Shown piece after piece: positions 16,826 through 25,530 of a DNA stretch of 64,000 nt. Origin of the DNA: Dehalococcoidia bacterium (lineage in GTDB: Bacteria; Chloroflexota; Dehalococcoidia; Lucifugimonadales; UBA3495); contig DAOUJN010000035.1 of the NCBI GenBank assembly GCA_034422655.1, positions 78,549 to 142,548 on the forward strand, given 5' to 3'. The stretch's first letter is position 1, and each line of letters starts with the position of its first letter. The notes under the pieces are model-generated. The model had not been told where the DNA came from. It made no database searches and saw only the letters and a program-made list of their open reading frames with translations. The translations under genes and the position numbers were made by a program.

Positions 16826-17569
16826 TTAAAGGGGCTGCTTTCTGGGGACTCCCGGCCGTCTCGGGTACTCTTCCGGTGTTTCCTTAACCTTCCCTATGAC
16901 TACTAACACCCGGTTGTCTTCAAGCCCGGTTGCCTTGACGGGGTAGATGGACTTGACGCGACCGCCCAATACCTGCAGGGCCCTCCGCGCCGAATCCAAC
17001 TCGGCCTTCAACCCCTCGCCGCCGTGCTTCCAGGCCACCACCAGGCCTCCCGTTCGGGTGAAGGGCAGGGTGTACTCCAGCAGGGTGGGCAGGCGGGCCA
17101 GGCCCCGGCCCAGGGCCAGGTCGTAGCTGCCCCGCAGTTCCGGCCAGTGGGCTAGTTCCTCGGCACGGCCCGTATAGACTTCAACGCCGTCCAGTCCCAG
17201 GGTTTCGACGACGTGGCGCAGGAAGACCGCCTTCTTGCCGGTGGATTCCGCCAGGGCCAGGCTGATGCCCGGGAAGACCAGCTTCAAAGGCAAGCCGGGG
17301 AAGCCTGCCCCCGCGCCCACGTCCACTACCCGTGCGTTTGGGGGCAGCGGCTCTCCCAGGGCCGGCACTACGGTCAGGGAGTCGAGGAAGTGCTTGACCT
17401 GCACCTCCTCGTAGTCGATAACCGAGGTAAGGTTCATGCGGCTGTTCCAGTCGGCCAGCTCGCGGTAATAGGTCTGGAACTGCGCCAGTTGGGCGGCGTC
17501 CAGAGACAGGGCCAGTTCGGAAGCGCCCCGGGCCAGCAGTTCCATGGAGGTTAGTTGTTGGCTATTCAC
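16826..17569 (-). CDS. rsmG: 16S rRNA (guanine527-N7)-methyltransferase RsmG
   Basis: 247 aa. WNSRMNLTSV...VVDVGAGAGFPGLPLK is a typical GidB/RsmG SAM-binding pattern. The start (GTG 17569 or an internal ATG) is uncertain. Confidence 0.85.
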   Translation of the reverse strand: MNSQQLTSMELLARGASELALSLDAAQLAQFQTYYRELADWNSRMNLTSVIDYEEVQVKHFLDSLTVVPALGEPLPPNARVVDVGAGAGFPGLPLKLVFPGISLALAESTGKKAVFLRHVVETLGLDGVEVYTGRAEELAHWPELRGSYDLALGRGLARLPTLLEYTLPFTRTGGLVVAWKHGGEGLKAELDSARRALQVLGGRVKSIYPVKATGLEDNRVLVVIGKVKETPEEYPRRPGVPRKQPL

Positions 17570-17601
17570 AAATCGTGGCGGGTTTCGAATGCTGATATGG
17601 G

Positions 17602-18153
17602 TCAGGCGAAGATTTCAGCCACGGGCATACTCCAACCGGGGACAACATCGCGGCCATCCAGTACGTCTTGCTCGGTCAGGGTAACCGGAGCCTGGTCTGG
17701 GAGACGTACACTGGCCGTGCGCCGGCGGGGGTCAACTACAACCACCATGAGCGTACCGGCGGCCAGCCAGTCGGTCACCTTCTCTTCGACTTCTGAATAA
17801 CGGTCATGAGGTGAAATTACCTCTATGGCCAGGTCGGGAGGGCCGGGGAAAAACCCATCCATAATACCTACGGCCTCCTCGCGTTCCCGGCGTACGAAGG
17901 CCACATCCGGTACGCGCACCAGGTCAGGATCAGACGCCAGCAGGAATCCGGTCTCCGCTGTTGGGACTGTGCCCAGGTTGTTGGCCGTCACATGAACAAA
18001 AAGCACTCCATTAATTTTTCCCGCAGATCTTCCGTGTCTGTAACCGGCAGGCGCCATCTTCCGCAACTCACCTCGCACCAATTCATAACGATACCCGTCG
18101 TCGGGCATTTCCAGAAGTTCCTCGGCGGTTACCATTCGGGGCTTGGAAACCAT
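17602..18153 (-). CDS. Uma2 family (DUF820) endonuclease
   Basis: TAEELLEMPDDGYRYELVRGELRKMAPAGYRHG and the later PDLAIEVISP motif. Confidence 0.8.
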   Translation of the reverse strand: MVSKPRMVTAEELLEMPDDGYRYELVRGELRKMAPAGYRHGRSAGKINGVLFVHVTANNLGTVPTAETGFLLASDPDLVRVPDVAFVRREREEAVGIMDGFFPGPPDLAIEVISPHDRYSEVEEKVTDWLAAGTLMVVVVDPRRRTASVRLPDQAPVTLTEQDVLDGRDVVPGWSMPVAEIFA

Positions 18154-18242
18154 AACCGTTACTCCACGCGTGTTTGCTCAATTATCCACCAATTGGGGCT
18201 AATTTGCACCTGGGGTACGGGATGCTGATGCGCTAACCTCAA

Positions 18243-18271
18243 TTGACACTACCTTGGGGCCGACTTAGAAT
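18243..18271 (+). promoter_or_regulatory. sigma70-type promoter (TTGACA-17-TAGAAT) for the Lrp/AsnC-like gene
   Basis: Perfect -35 TTGACA at 18243-18248, 17-nt spacer, -10 TAGAAT at 18266-18271. It lies 43 nt upstream of the ATG at 18314, which has a GAGAGG RBS. Confidence 0.6.
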
Positions 18272-18313
18272 TAGCCGAGCAGCCCAAAAGACAGTTTTGA
18301 GAGGTAGCAGCAC

Positions 18314-18550
18314 ATGGCAATCAAGGCTTATCTGCTGGTAGAGACCGCGATAGGTACCACCCGCGACGTGGTAACGTCACTAAGGTCGGTGGAGGGCATC
18401 GACTCGGCGGACGTGGTAACCGGACCTTTCGACGTTATCGCGGTCATCAACGTGGAGGACTTTACCCAGGTGGGCCTCCTGGTAACCGAAAAGGTGCACA
18501 CCATCAACGGTATCGTTCGCGCTACCTCTTATCCCGTGGTTGACCTGTAA
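18314..18550 (+). CDS. stand-alone Lrp/AsnC ligand-binding (RAM) domain protein
   Basis: 78 aa. MAIKAYLLVETAIGTTRDVV...VTGPFDVIAVINVEDF is a typical AsnC_trans_reg domain. Confidence 0.75.
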   Translation: MAIKAYLLVETAIGTTRDVVTSLRSVEGIDSADVVTGPFDVIAVINVEDFTQVGLLVTEKVHTINGIVRATSYPVVDL

Positions 18551-18640
18551 CCGCGTAAGGCCGCCGGACTTGCGGCGGCATGGTCTCAGACCGGACCTGG
18601 CCCCGCCGGCCAGCATCCTCCGATAGTCGGGGAGGTTACC

Positions 18641-19816
18641 GTGGACTTTAGATTTACGCCCGAAGACGATGTCTTTCGCCAGGAGTTGCGCGACTTTGTG
18701 CAGCGGGAACTGCCCGCCGACTGGGAGGGGGGCGGCCGCTGGCCCGAGGAGTGGAACTGGGAACTGACCCGCGACATGCGCCGGAAGATGGCCCAGAACG
18801 GGTGGCTGACCATGCACTGGCCCAGCGAGTACGGCGGCCAGGACGCTTCCCCCATCCGCTCGGCCATCTACAACGAGGAACTGGCCTACATGCGCGCCCC
18901 CGGCCGCGACATATTCGGCGTCCGGATGCTGGGGCCCACCCTGATGATTCACGGGACGGAGGAGCAGAAGCAGGCCCACCTGCAGCCTGTTGCCCGGGGC
19001 GAAGTGCAGTGGTGCCAGGGCTACAGCGAACCCGAGTCCGGCTCCGACCTGGCATCCCTCAGCACCCGCGCCGTGCGGGACGACGACGAATACGTGATTA
19101 ACGGCAGCAAAATCTGGACTACCATGGCCCACCACGCCGACTGGATTATGCTGCTGGCCCGCACCGACCCCGACGCCCCCAAGCACCGGGGCATCTCCTT
19201 TATCCTGGTGGACATGAAGACTCCGGGCATCCAGGTGCGGCCCGTCATCAACATGGCCGGCGGGCACGAGTTCAACCAGATAATCTTCGACAACGTGCGG
19301 GTACCGGTAGCCAACGTGGTTGGCGACGAGAACCGGGGCTGGTACGTGGCGGTGACCCTGCTGGACTTCGAGCGTTCAGGCATCGACTACTCGGCCATGG
19401 GGCGCCGCCTGCTGGACGAGGTCAAGCGCTACGCGACAGAGACGAAACAGAACGGCCAGCCCATGCTGCAGACGCCCTGGGTGCGCAACCTGCTGGCCGA
19501 CCGGTACATAGAGTGCGAGGTGGCCCGGCTGATGGCCTACAACGTTGCCTGGATGCAGGGGCAGGGCCTGGTGCCCAACAAGGAAGCCTCCATGAGCAAG
19601 GTGTTCGGCAGCGAAACACTGCAACGGGTAACCCTTGCCGGCATGGAAATCCTGGGCCTCTACGGGGCGCTGGACCGCAACGAGAAGTGGGCGCCGCTGC
19701 GGGGGCGCATCCAGGAGCACTGGATGACCAGCTTCTCTCACAAGATCGCGGCCGGCACGTCCGAAGTGCAGCGGAACATCATCGCCAGCCGGGGCCTGGG
19801 TCTGCCGCGGGGGTAG
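18641..19816 (+). CDS. acyl-CoA dehydrogenase family protein
   Basis: 391 aa, GTG start. ACAD pattern (GYSEPESGSDLASLSTRA...GSKIWTT...IAAGTSEVQRNII). Confidence 0.9.
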   Translation: MDFRFTPEDDVFRQELRDFVQRELPADWEGGGRWPEEWNWELTRDMRRKMAQNGWLTMHWPSEYGGQDASPIRSAIYNEELAYMRAPGRDIFGVRMLGPTLMIHGTEEQKQAHLQPVARGEVQWCQGYSEPESGSDLASLSTRAVRDDDEYVINGSKIWTTMAHHADWIMLLARTDPDAPKHRGISFILVDMKTPGIQVRPVINMAGGHEFNQIIFDNVRVPVANVVGDENRGWYVAVTLLDFERSGIDYSAMGRRLLDEVKRYATETKQNGQPMLQTPWVRNLLADRYIECEVARLMAYNVAWMQGQGLVPNKEASMSKVFGSETLQRVTLAGMEILGLYGALDRNEKWAPLRGRIQEHWMTSFSHKIAAGTSEVQRNIIASRGLGLPRG

Positions 19817-19842
19817 CATCCGGATTAACCAGCCGACCTGTC

Positions 19843-19875
19843 GGGGCGGGCGATTGACCCGCCCCTTTCTTATTT
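19843..19875 (+). terminator. rho-independent terminator after the acyl-CoA dehydrogenase gene
   Basis: GGGGCGGG-cgattga-CCCGCCCC forms an 8-bp GC stem, followed by TTTCTTATTT. Confidence 0.7.
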
Positions 19876-19890
19876 ACGGTGATATGAGGG

Positions 19891-20235
19891 CTAAGCCGCG
19901 TAAGCCCCAATAGCCAGCCCTTCCGGTTCTGCCAGCGCCTCCCTGCACCTCTGCAGGGTGCGGAAGATGGTCCGCACCGTGACCGAGAACCTTTCCGCCG
20001 CTTCCTCAATGGAAAGGCTCTCCTGCTGGATGGTGTACATCACCCGGAAGTCCCGGGCCAGCCGGCGGTTGCGCTGGTACCATGCCGGGTCGTCGAACTT
20101 GCACCGGGGCAGCGGGCATTCGAGGCAGGCGGCGGACACCTCGCAGCCCGTATCCTCGTAATGGCAAAACTCGGGAGTGGTGTCAGCGGATTCGTTCCTA
20201 TCTGTCAAAACTGCCGTCATTGTCATTTCTCTCAC
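19891..20235 (-). CDS. Cys-rich HTH DNA-binding protein (sigma70 region-4-like HTH)
   Basis: 114 aa. N-terminal CHYEDTGCEVSAACLECPLPRC has five Cys. C-terminal LSIEEAAERFSVTVRTIFRTLQR is HTH-like. Confidence 0.55.
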   Translation of the reverse strand: MREMTMTAVLTDRNESADTTPEFCHYEDTGCEVSAACLECPLPRCKFDDPAWYQRNRRLARDFRVMYTIQQESLSIEEAAERFSVTVRTIFRTLQRCREALAEPEGLAIGAYAA

Positions 20236-20270
20236 CTACTTGCACAAACGTTTGTTCTAATTGCACGGTG

Positions 20271-20300
20271 AGTATAGAACGGCTGTTCTGATAGTGTCAA
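20271..20300 (-). promoter_or_regulatory. sigma70-type promoter for the Cys-rich HTH gene
   Basis: On the minus strand: TTGACA (20300-20295), 18-nt spacer, TATACT (20276-20271). Confidence 0.55.
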
Positions 20301-20352
20301 TGGGTTTTTTGAGCGAGTTTTTGGTCAATTTTCAAGAATTTGGTCAGTTGTG

Positions 20353-20462
20353 CAGGGCTATCGCATTTTGCGGATTCCTTTAACCACAGAGACAAGGGGG
20401 TCGCAGAGTCGCACGGAGATTCTCTGTGGTCCTCTGCGTACTCTGCGTCTCCGTGGTGAGAT
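20353..20462. repeat. Family C repeat, copy 2 (inverted relative to copies 1 and 3)
   Basis: GGGCTATCGCATTTTGCGGATTCCTTTAACCACAGAGACA...TCTCTGTGGTCCTCTGCGTACTCTGCGTCTCCGTGGTGAG. Confidence 0.8.
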
Positions 20463-20604
20463 ACGGGCCGGCACGGAAGCAGGCGTGACCGGGTTGTTCC
20501 AATTGAAAGGCTACAGCCCCGGGTCCCATCTTGCGCGTCTTTCATTATTCCCTGCCCATACACTATACTGACGCCAAATCTACGAGCCACCCAAGGAGAC
20601 GGTT

Positions 20605-21687
20605 ATGCGACTGGGTTACTTTACGATGCCCCTCCATCCCCCGGGCTCCGATCTTTCCGCCACCCTGGAGTCGGACCTGGTGCAGATGGAAACCCTGGAC
20701 CGGCTGGGCTACTGCGAGGCCTGGATCGGCGAGCACTTCACCACGGTCTGGGAGAACATCCCGGCGCCGGACCAGTTTATCGCCGCCGCCCTGCCCCGCA
20801 CGAAGAACATGGTCTTCGGCACGGGCGTTACCTGCATGCCCAACCACGACCCCTTCATGATCGCCCACCGGGTGGCCCAGCTGGACAATCTGGCCCGGGG
20901 CCGCTTCTACTGGGGCGTTGGGTCCGGCGGTTTCCCCGGCGATTTCGAGGTCTTCGGCATGGACGCCTCGGAGGGCGCCCACCGGGGCATGTCCCGCCAG
21001 ATGATTGAACTCATCCTGGACATGTGGGAGAACCCCCAGCCCGGCGACTACCAACACCCCTACTGGAAGTTCGCCATCCCCCAGCCCGTGCCGGAAATAG
21101 GGTTGCAGTTCCACGTTACTCCCTACCAGAAGCCCCACCCGCCCATCGGCGTGGCCGGCGTGTCGGCCAGGTCCGACACCCTGCTGCTGGCCGGCGAGAA
21201 GGGCTGGCTGCCCCTGAGCATCAACCTGGTGCCGCCGGTAACCCTGAAGAGCCACTGGGAGGCGGTGGAAGCCGGCGCGGCGGTAACGGGCCGAACCCCC
21301 GACCGCTCGGAATGGCGCATCGCCCGCGAAATTTACATCGCCGAGACCACCGAGCAGGCTAGGGACGAAGTCCTGAACGGCACCATCGGCCGCGACTTCC
21401 GCCAGTACTTCATTCCCCTGATGAGCTACATGGAAGCGCTGAGCCTGTTCAAGGCCGATTCCGACACTCCCGACGAAGCCATAACCCCGGAGTACCTGGT
21501 GGACAACGTCTGGATCGTCGGCAGCCCCGACGACGTGACGGAAAAAATCCGCCAAATGCACAAGGACGTGGGCGGCTTCGGCGTCCTCCTGGCCATGGGT
21601 CACGAGTGGGACCCGGAAGATGGCTGGGTCAACTCGGTAACCACCCTGGCCAAAGACGTAATGCCGAGACTGGCGGACCTGAATTAA
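20605..21687 (+). CDS. LLM class (luciferase-like) flavin-dependent oxidoreductase
   Basis: 360 aa. MRLGYFTMPLHPPG...CEAWIGEHF...VAQLDNLARGRFYWGVGSG. Confidence 0.85.
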   Translation: MRLGYFTMPLHPPGSDLSATLESDLVQMETLDRLGYCEAWIGEHFTTVWENIPAPDQFIAAALPRTKNMVFGTGVTCMPNHDPFMIAHRVAQLDNLARGRFYWGVGSGGFPGDFEVFGMDASEGAHRGMSRQMIELILDMWENPQPGDYQHPYWKFAIPQPVPEIGLQFHVTPYQKPHPPIGVAGVSARSDTLLLAGEKGWLPLSINLVPPVTLKSHWEAVEAGAAVTGRTPDRSEWRIAREIYIAETTEQARDEVLNGTIGRDFRQYFIPLMSYMEALSLFKADSDTPDEAITPEYLVDNVWIVGSPDDVTEKIRQMHKDVGGFGVLLAMGHEWDPEDGWVNSVTTLAKDVMPRLADLN

Positions 21688-21690
21688 CGT

Positions 21691-21773
21691 TTATCCACGA
21701 ATAGGCACGAGTATCCACTAATTTCTGTCTGCTCAAAATTCCATTAGTGATCATTCGTGCCCATTCGTGGATT
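21691..21773. repeat. Family A inverted-repeat element, full copy
   Basis: TTATCCACGAATAGGCACGAGTATCCACTAAT...CCATTAGTGATCATTCGTGCCCATTCGTGGATT. Starts 4 nt after the LLM stop. Confidence 0.9.
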
Positions 21774-21795
21774 GAGAAACCGTGGAGGTGCTGAC

Positions 21796-23553
21796 ATGGC
21801 GCTGGGACTGAGAACCTACCGGCCCCTGATTTCGGGGCGCACCCACATGGCCGCCGCCGGCCACTACCTGGCTTCTGCCGCGGCATACCGCATCCTGGAG
21901 CAGGGCGGGAACGCCACCGACGCCGGCGTGGCGGCGGGCATAGTGCTTAACGTAACCCTGCCCCAGTACACCAGCTTCGGCGGCGTGGCGCCCATCATGG
22001 TGCACGACGCCGGCCGGGGCGAGACGGTAACCATCGCCGGCCTGGGCCGCTGGCCCCAGGCCGCCAGCGTGGACTACTTCGAGGAAAACCACGGCGGGCA
22101 ACTGCCCGGCGGCGTGCTGCGGACGGTCACTCCCTCGGCCGCCGACGCCTGGCTATCCGCCATCCAGTTCTACGGCACCATGTCCTTCCGGCAGGTGGTC
22201 ACCCCGGCCCTGGAACTGGCGGAAAAGGGCTTCCCCATCCCCCAATCCCTGCACCGCGCCCTGGCCCGAGAGGAGGAGAAGTTCGCCAACGGCAGCCGCG
22301 ACCCGCGCATCTGGGGCACGACGCTGGACGTTTTCTTCCCCGGCGGCAGGGCCCTGGGGACGGGCGAAGTGGCGGTCCAGAAGGAACTGGCCAACACTTT
22401 CAGGCGGCTGATTTCGGCGGAGCGGGGCGCTTCCGGTAAGGGGCGGGTTATGGCCATCCAGGCGGCCCGCGACCTCTTCTACCGGGGCGACATGGCCCAC
22501 AAGATGGTGGAGTTCAACCGCGCCCAGGGCGGGCTGATGTCTTTGGAGGACATGGAGTCCTTTGAGGCCAAGCTGGAACCGCCCGCTTCCATCGACTACA
22601 AGGGGATTGAAGTCTTCACCTGCGGTCCCTGGTGCCAGGGTCCCACCACCATCCAGGCCCTGGGCATCCTGTCGGGCTTCGACCTGCAGGGGATGGGCCA
22701 CAACAGCCCCGATTATCTCCACACCCTGATCGAGTCGCTGAAGCTGGCCTTCGCCGATCGCCATTCCTACTACGGCGACCCGGACTTCGTAAACGTGCCC
22801 ATGAAGGGCCTGCTGGACCCGGACTACGCCGCCCAGCGTCGCCAGCAAATCGACCCGGCCCGGGCCTGCCCGGACATGCCCCGGGCCGGGGACCCCTGGG
22901 CCTACCAGGGTTATAGCGGCAATGGTGCAATACCGGCGCACCCGGAGCCGGTGGCCGGGGCGGCGGAACCCGACACCAGCTACGTCTGCGTGGTGGACCG
23001 GTGGGGCAACGGCTTTTCGGCCACGCCCAGCGACGGATTCTCGGGCGCGGCGGCGGTCCCGGGCCTGGGCTTTGCCATGTCCACCCGCGGCTACCAGACT
23101 TGGCTGGACCGGGACCATCCGGCCTGCCTGATGCCGGGCAAGCGGCCCCGCCTTACGCCCAATCCCGCCATGGCCTTCCGCGACGGCAAGCTGTGGATGC
23201 CCTTCGGCACCCCGGGGGGCGACGTCCAGTGCCAGTCCATGACCCAGCTTTTCCTTAACGTGGCGGAGTTCGGAATGGACGTGCAGCAGGCCATCGAACA
23301 GCCCCGGGTAGCCAGCTGGAGCTTCCCCGATTCCGGCTTCCCCCACAGCTACACCCCGGCAGCGATGTCGGCGGAGGGAAGGATTGACCCGGAGACTATC
23401 AAGGAGTTGGAACGGCGGGGCCACAAGGTGGACGTGTGGGACGACTGGACCCCGCGCATGGGCGCCCTGAACGCCATTACCATAGACCGCGAGCGGGAAA
23501 CCCTGCAGGTGGGCGCCGACCTGCGGCGGGATAACTACGCCGTGGGGCGGTAG
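21796..23553 (+). CDS. gamma-glutamyltransferase family protein
   Basis: A GGAGGTG RBS precedes the ATG at 21796. Autoprocessing-site context DTSYVCVVDRWGN. Also GTPGGDVQCQ. Confidence 0.85.
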   Translation: MALGLRTYRPLISGRTHMAAAGHYLASAAAYRILEQGGNATDAGVAAGIVLNVTLPQYTSFGGVAPIMVHDAGRGETVTIAGLGRWPQAASVDYFEENHGGQLPGGVLRTVTPSAADAWLSAIQFYGTMSFRQVVTPALELAEKGFPIPQSLHRALAREEEKFANGSRDPRIWGTTLDVFFPGGRALGTGEVAVQKELANTFRRLISAERGASGKGRVMAIQAARDLFYRGDMAHKMVEFNRAQGGLMSLEDMESFEAKLEPPASIDYKGIEVFTCGPWCQGPTTIQALGILSGFDLQGMGHNSPDYLHTLIESLKLAFADRHSYYGDPDFVNVPMKGLLDPDYAAQRRQQIDPARACPDMPRAGDPWAYQGYSGNGAIPAHPEPVAGAAEPDTSYVCVVDRWGNGFSATPSDGFSGAAAVPGLGFAMSTRGYQTWLDRDHPACLMPGKRPRLTPNPAMAFRDGKLWMPFGTPGGDVQCQSMTQLFLNVAEFGMDVQQAIEQPRVASWSFPDSGFPHSYTPAAMSAEGRIDPETIKELERRGHKVDVWDDWTPRMGALNAITIDRERETLQVGADLRRDNYAVGR

Positions 23554-23561
23554 TTTTTCAA

Positions 23562-23635
23562 TAATCCACGAATAGGCACGAATATTCACGAATGGAGATT
23601 TTTATATTAGTGATCATTCGTGCCTATTCGTGGAA
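23562..23635. repeat. Family A inverted-repeat element, full copy (short loop)
   Basis: TAATCCACGAATAGGCACGAATATTCACGAATGG...ATTAGTGATCATTCGTGCCTATTCGTGGAA. Lies between convergent stop codons at 23553 and 23643. Confidence 0.9.
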
Positions 23636-23642
23636 AAATTTG

Positions 23643-24392
23643 TTACATGGCAGTGCGGCCGCCGTCTATTACCAGTTCGCTGCCGGTTACGAAGGATGAC
23701 TCGTCCGAGGCCAGGTAGAGGGCGCCGAAGGCCACGTCCTCGGGGCGGCCGATGCGGCCCAGAGGTGTGCGGCCCAGGCGGTACCGGTACTGTTCCGGGT
23801 CCTCAAGCATGTGCGCGGTCATGGGTGTCTCGATGATGCCGGGGTGAATGGAATTGGCCCTGATTTTCTCGCGGGCATACTGGATGGCCGTGGCCTTGGT
23901 GAAGATGCGTACCGCCCCCTTGGATGACCCGTAAGCCGCCGACATTTCGCTGCCCACCAGGCCGGCCACCGATGAGATGTTGATGATGGAGCCGCCGCCG
24001 GCCTTGCGCATCTCCGGTATGGCGGCCTTGGTGCCCAGGAACACGCCCTTGCCGTTGATGTCCATTACCTGGTCCCACAGTTCCTCGGAGGTCTCTTCCA
24101 CCGTTTCGGTACGGTAGATTCCGGCGTTGTTGACCAGGATGTCCAGCTTGCCGAAGCGCTCCACGGTGGCGGCGACCACGTCCTGCCAGTTGGCCTCGCT
24201 CGTCACGTCCAGCCGCAGGAACAGGCATTCGCCGCCCTGCTCGTTGATTTCCGCCTCCACCTGACGGCCTTCGTCCTCCAGCACGTCGGCGATGACCACC
24301 CGGGCGCCCTCGGTGGAGAACAGGCGGGCCTCCACCGCGCCCTGTCCCCTGGCGCCACCGCTGATTAAAGCTACCTTTCCTTCCAGTCGCAT
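23643..24392 (-). CDS. SDR family oxidoreductase
   Basis: ISGGARGQGA, NNAG and YGSSKGA motifs. ATG at 24392 follows GAGGAGG. Confidence 0.85.
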   Translation of the reverse strand: MRLEGKVALISGGARGQGAVEARLFSTEGARVVIADVLEDEGRQVEAEINEQGGECLFLRLDVTSEANWQDVVAATVERFGKLDILVNNAGIYRTETVEETSEELWDQVMDINGKGVFLGTKAAIPEMRKAGGGSIINISSVAGLVGSEMSAAYGSSKGAVRIFTKATAIQYAREKIRANSIHPGIIETPMTAHMLEDPEQYRYRLGRTPLGRIGRPEDVAFGALYLASDESSFVTGSELVIDGGRTAM

Positions 24393-24510
24393 ACTGCTGC
24401 CTCCTCGCTCCATGGTGGTTCAGTTCGGTTTACATTGTTGCCAGGATTGTAACCGGGGCGGGGTTATAGTCAAGGCCGAGCAGAGCCAGGGTAATCTCAT
24501 ATCGAGGACT

Positions 24511-24618
24511 TCATTCACCACAGAGGCGCAGAGTACGCAGAGTTGCACGGAGACTTCTCTGTGTTCCTCTGTGCGCTCTGCGCCTCTGTGGTAAAGAGAA
24601 TCCTTACAACGCGATTCC
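24511..24618. repeat. Family C repeat, copy 3
   Basis: TCATTCACCACAGAGGCGCAGAGTACGCAGAGTTGCACGGAGACTTCTCTGTGTTCCTCTGTGCGCTCTGCGCCTCTGTGGTAAAGAGAATCCTTACAACGCGATTCC. Long imperfect hairpin. Confidence 0.85.
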
Positions 24619-24632
24619 TCTCACCAGCAAAT

Positions 24633-24662
24633 TTGACCCCGGCTTGGCCCCGACAATAGAAT
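24633..24662 (+). promoter_or_regulatory. sigma70-type promoter (TTGACC-18-TAGAAT)
   Basis: TTGACC at 24633-24638 and TAGAAT at 24657-24662, 55 nt upstream of the ATG at 24717. It lies immediately 3' of Family C copy 3. Confidence 0.5.
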
Positions 24663-24716
24663 GTTGCGGCCCGGTCCCTCTCAAATTAGAGACTACGGAA
24701 TAATCGAACTCAACCT

Positions 24717-25199
24717 ATGACTGTCCTCGACTGGATATTGCTGGTCATCCGCTGGGCCCATGCCCTGGGCGCCGTTGCCTGGGTGGGCGGCGGCGTTTTC
24801 TACCTGATGGTACTGCGACCGGCTTTTCAGCGGGCCAGGCCGGCGCCGGAGGTGAACCGTTCTATCGGGGAGGAGTTCCGGGGGCTGGTCAATACGGCCA
24901 TCGTGGTGCTGGTGGTAACCGGCGCCATCCTGACCGCCAGCCGCCTGACCCTGGACACGGTTACCCTGCCCTACGTAGCGGTTCTGGTCGTCAAGGTAGC
25001 CCTGGCCCTGTACATGATGGCCGTGGTGCGGTTCCGACGGCCCCGGGAGGCAGGACAGGATGACCGGGCCGACGTTGGCCGTTGGGTACGGGTGAAGGAG
25101 ACGCTAACCGGTCCCACGGCCCTGCTGGTTATCGGGGTTATAATATTTGGGCTGGCCGACGTATTGGCGGCCCTGTTTGAAGACAGCCTGGTCCGCTAG
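24717..25199 (+). CDS. integral membrane protein (CopD-like, four predicted TM helices)
   Basis: 160 aa. WILLVIRWAHALGAVAWVGGGVFYLMVLRP and further hydrophobic helices. Confidence 0.55.
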   Translation: MTVLDWILLVIRWAHALGAVAWVGGGVFYLMVLRPAFQRARPAPEVNRSIGEEFRGLVNTAIVVLVVTGAILTASRLTLDTVTLPYVAVLVVKVALALYMMAVVRFRRPREAGQDDRADVGRWVRVKETLTGPTALLVIGVIIFGLADVLAALFEDSLVR

Positions 25200-25247
25200 G
25201 GCAGCCGTATTCGCCCCAAGGGCCAGCATCCTGAATGGGAGGAAATA

Positions 25248-25433
25248 TTGAAGAAGGACCTGATGGAAATACTGGCCTGCCCCGTCTGCAAGGGGGTGCT
25301 GGAGCTGAGGGTGGACACGGAGGACGATGAGGAAGAAGTAATCGAAGGTTCGCTGGTATGCCGCAAGTGCCCGGAAACGTACCCCATCACCGATGCCATC
25401 CCCAACCTGCTGCCGCCAAACATGCGAGTGTAG
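25248..25433 (+). CDS. Trm112 family (UPF0434) zinc-ribbon protein
   Basis: LACPVCKG...LVCRKCPETYPITDAIPNLLP. The start is TTG 25248 (after GGGAGGAAA) or ATG 25263. Confidence 0.8.
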   Translation: MKKDLMEILACPVCKGVLELRVDTEDDEEEVIEGSLVCRKCPETYPITDAIPNLLPPNMRV

Positions 25434-25440
25434 GTTTGTT

Positions 25441-25516
25441 TTATCCACGAATGGACACGAACGTTCACCAATGGATTTCCCGCTATTGGTGGTTATTCGT
25501 GCCTATTCGTGGATTA
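25441..25516. repeat. Family A inverted-repeat element, full copy
   Basis: TTATCCACGAATGGACACGAACGTTCACCAATGG...CTATTGGTGGTTATTCGTGCCTATTCGTGGATTA. Lies between convergent stop codons. Confidence 0.9.
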
Positions 25517-25530
25517 CAGAAGCCGGAGCC

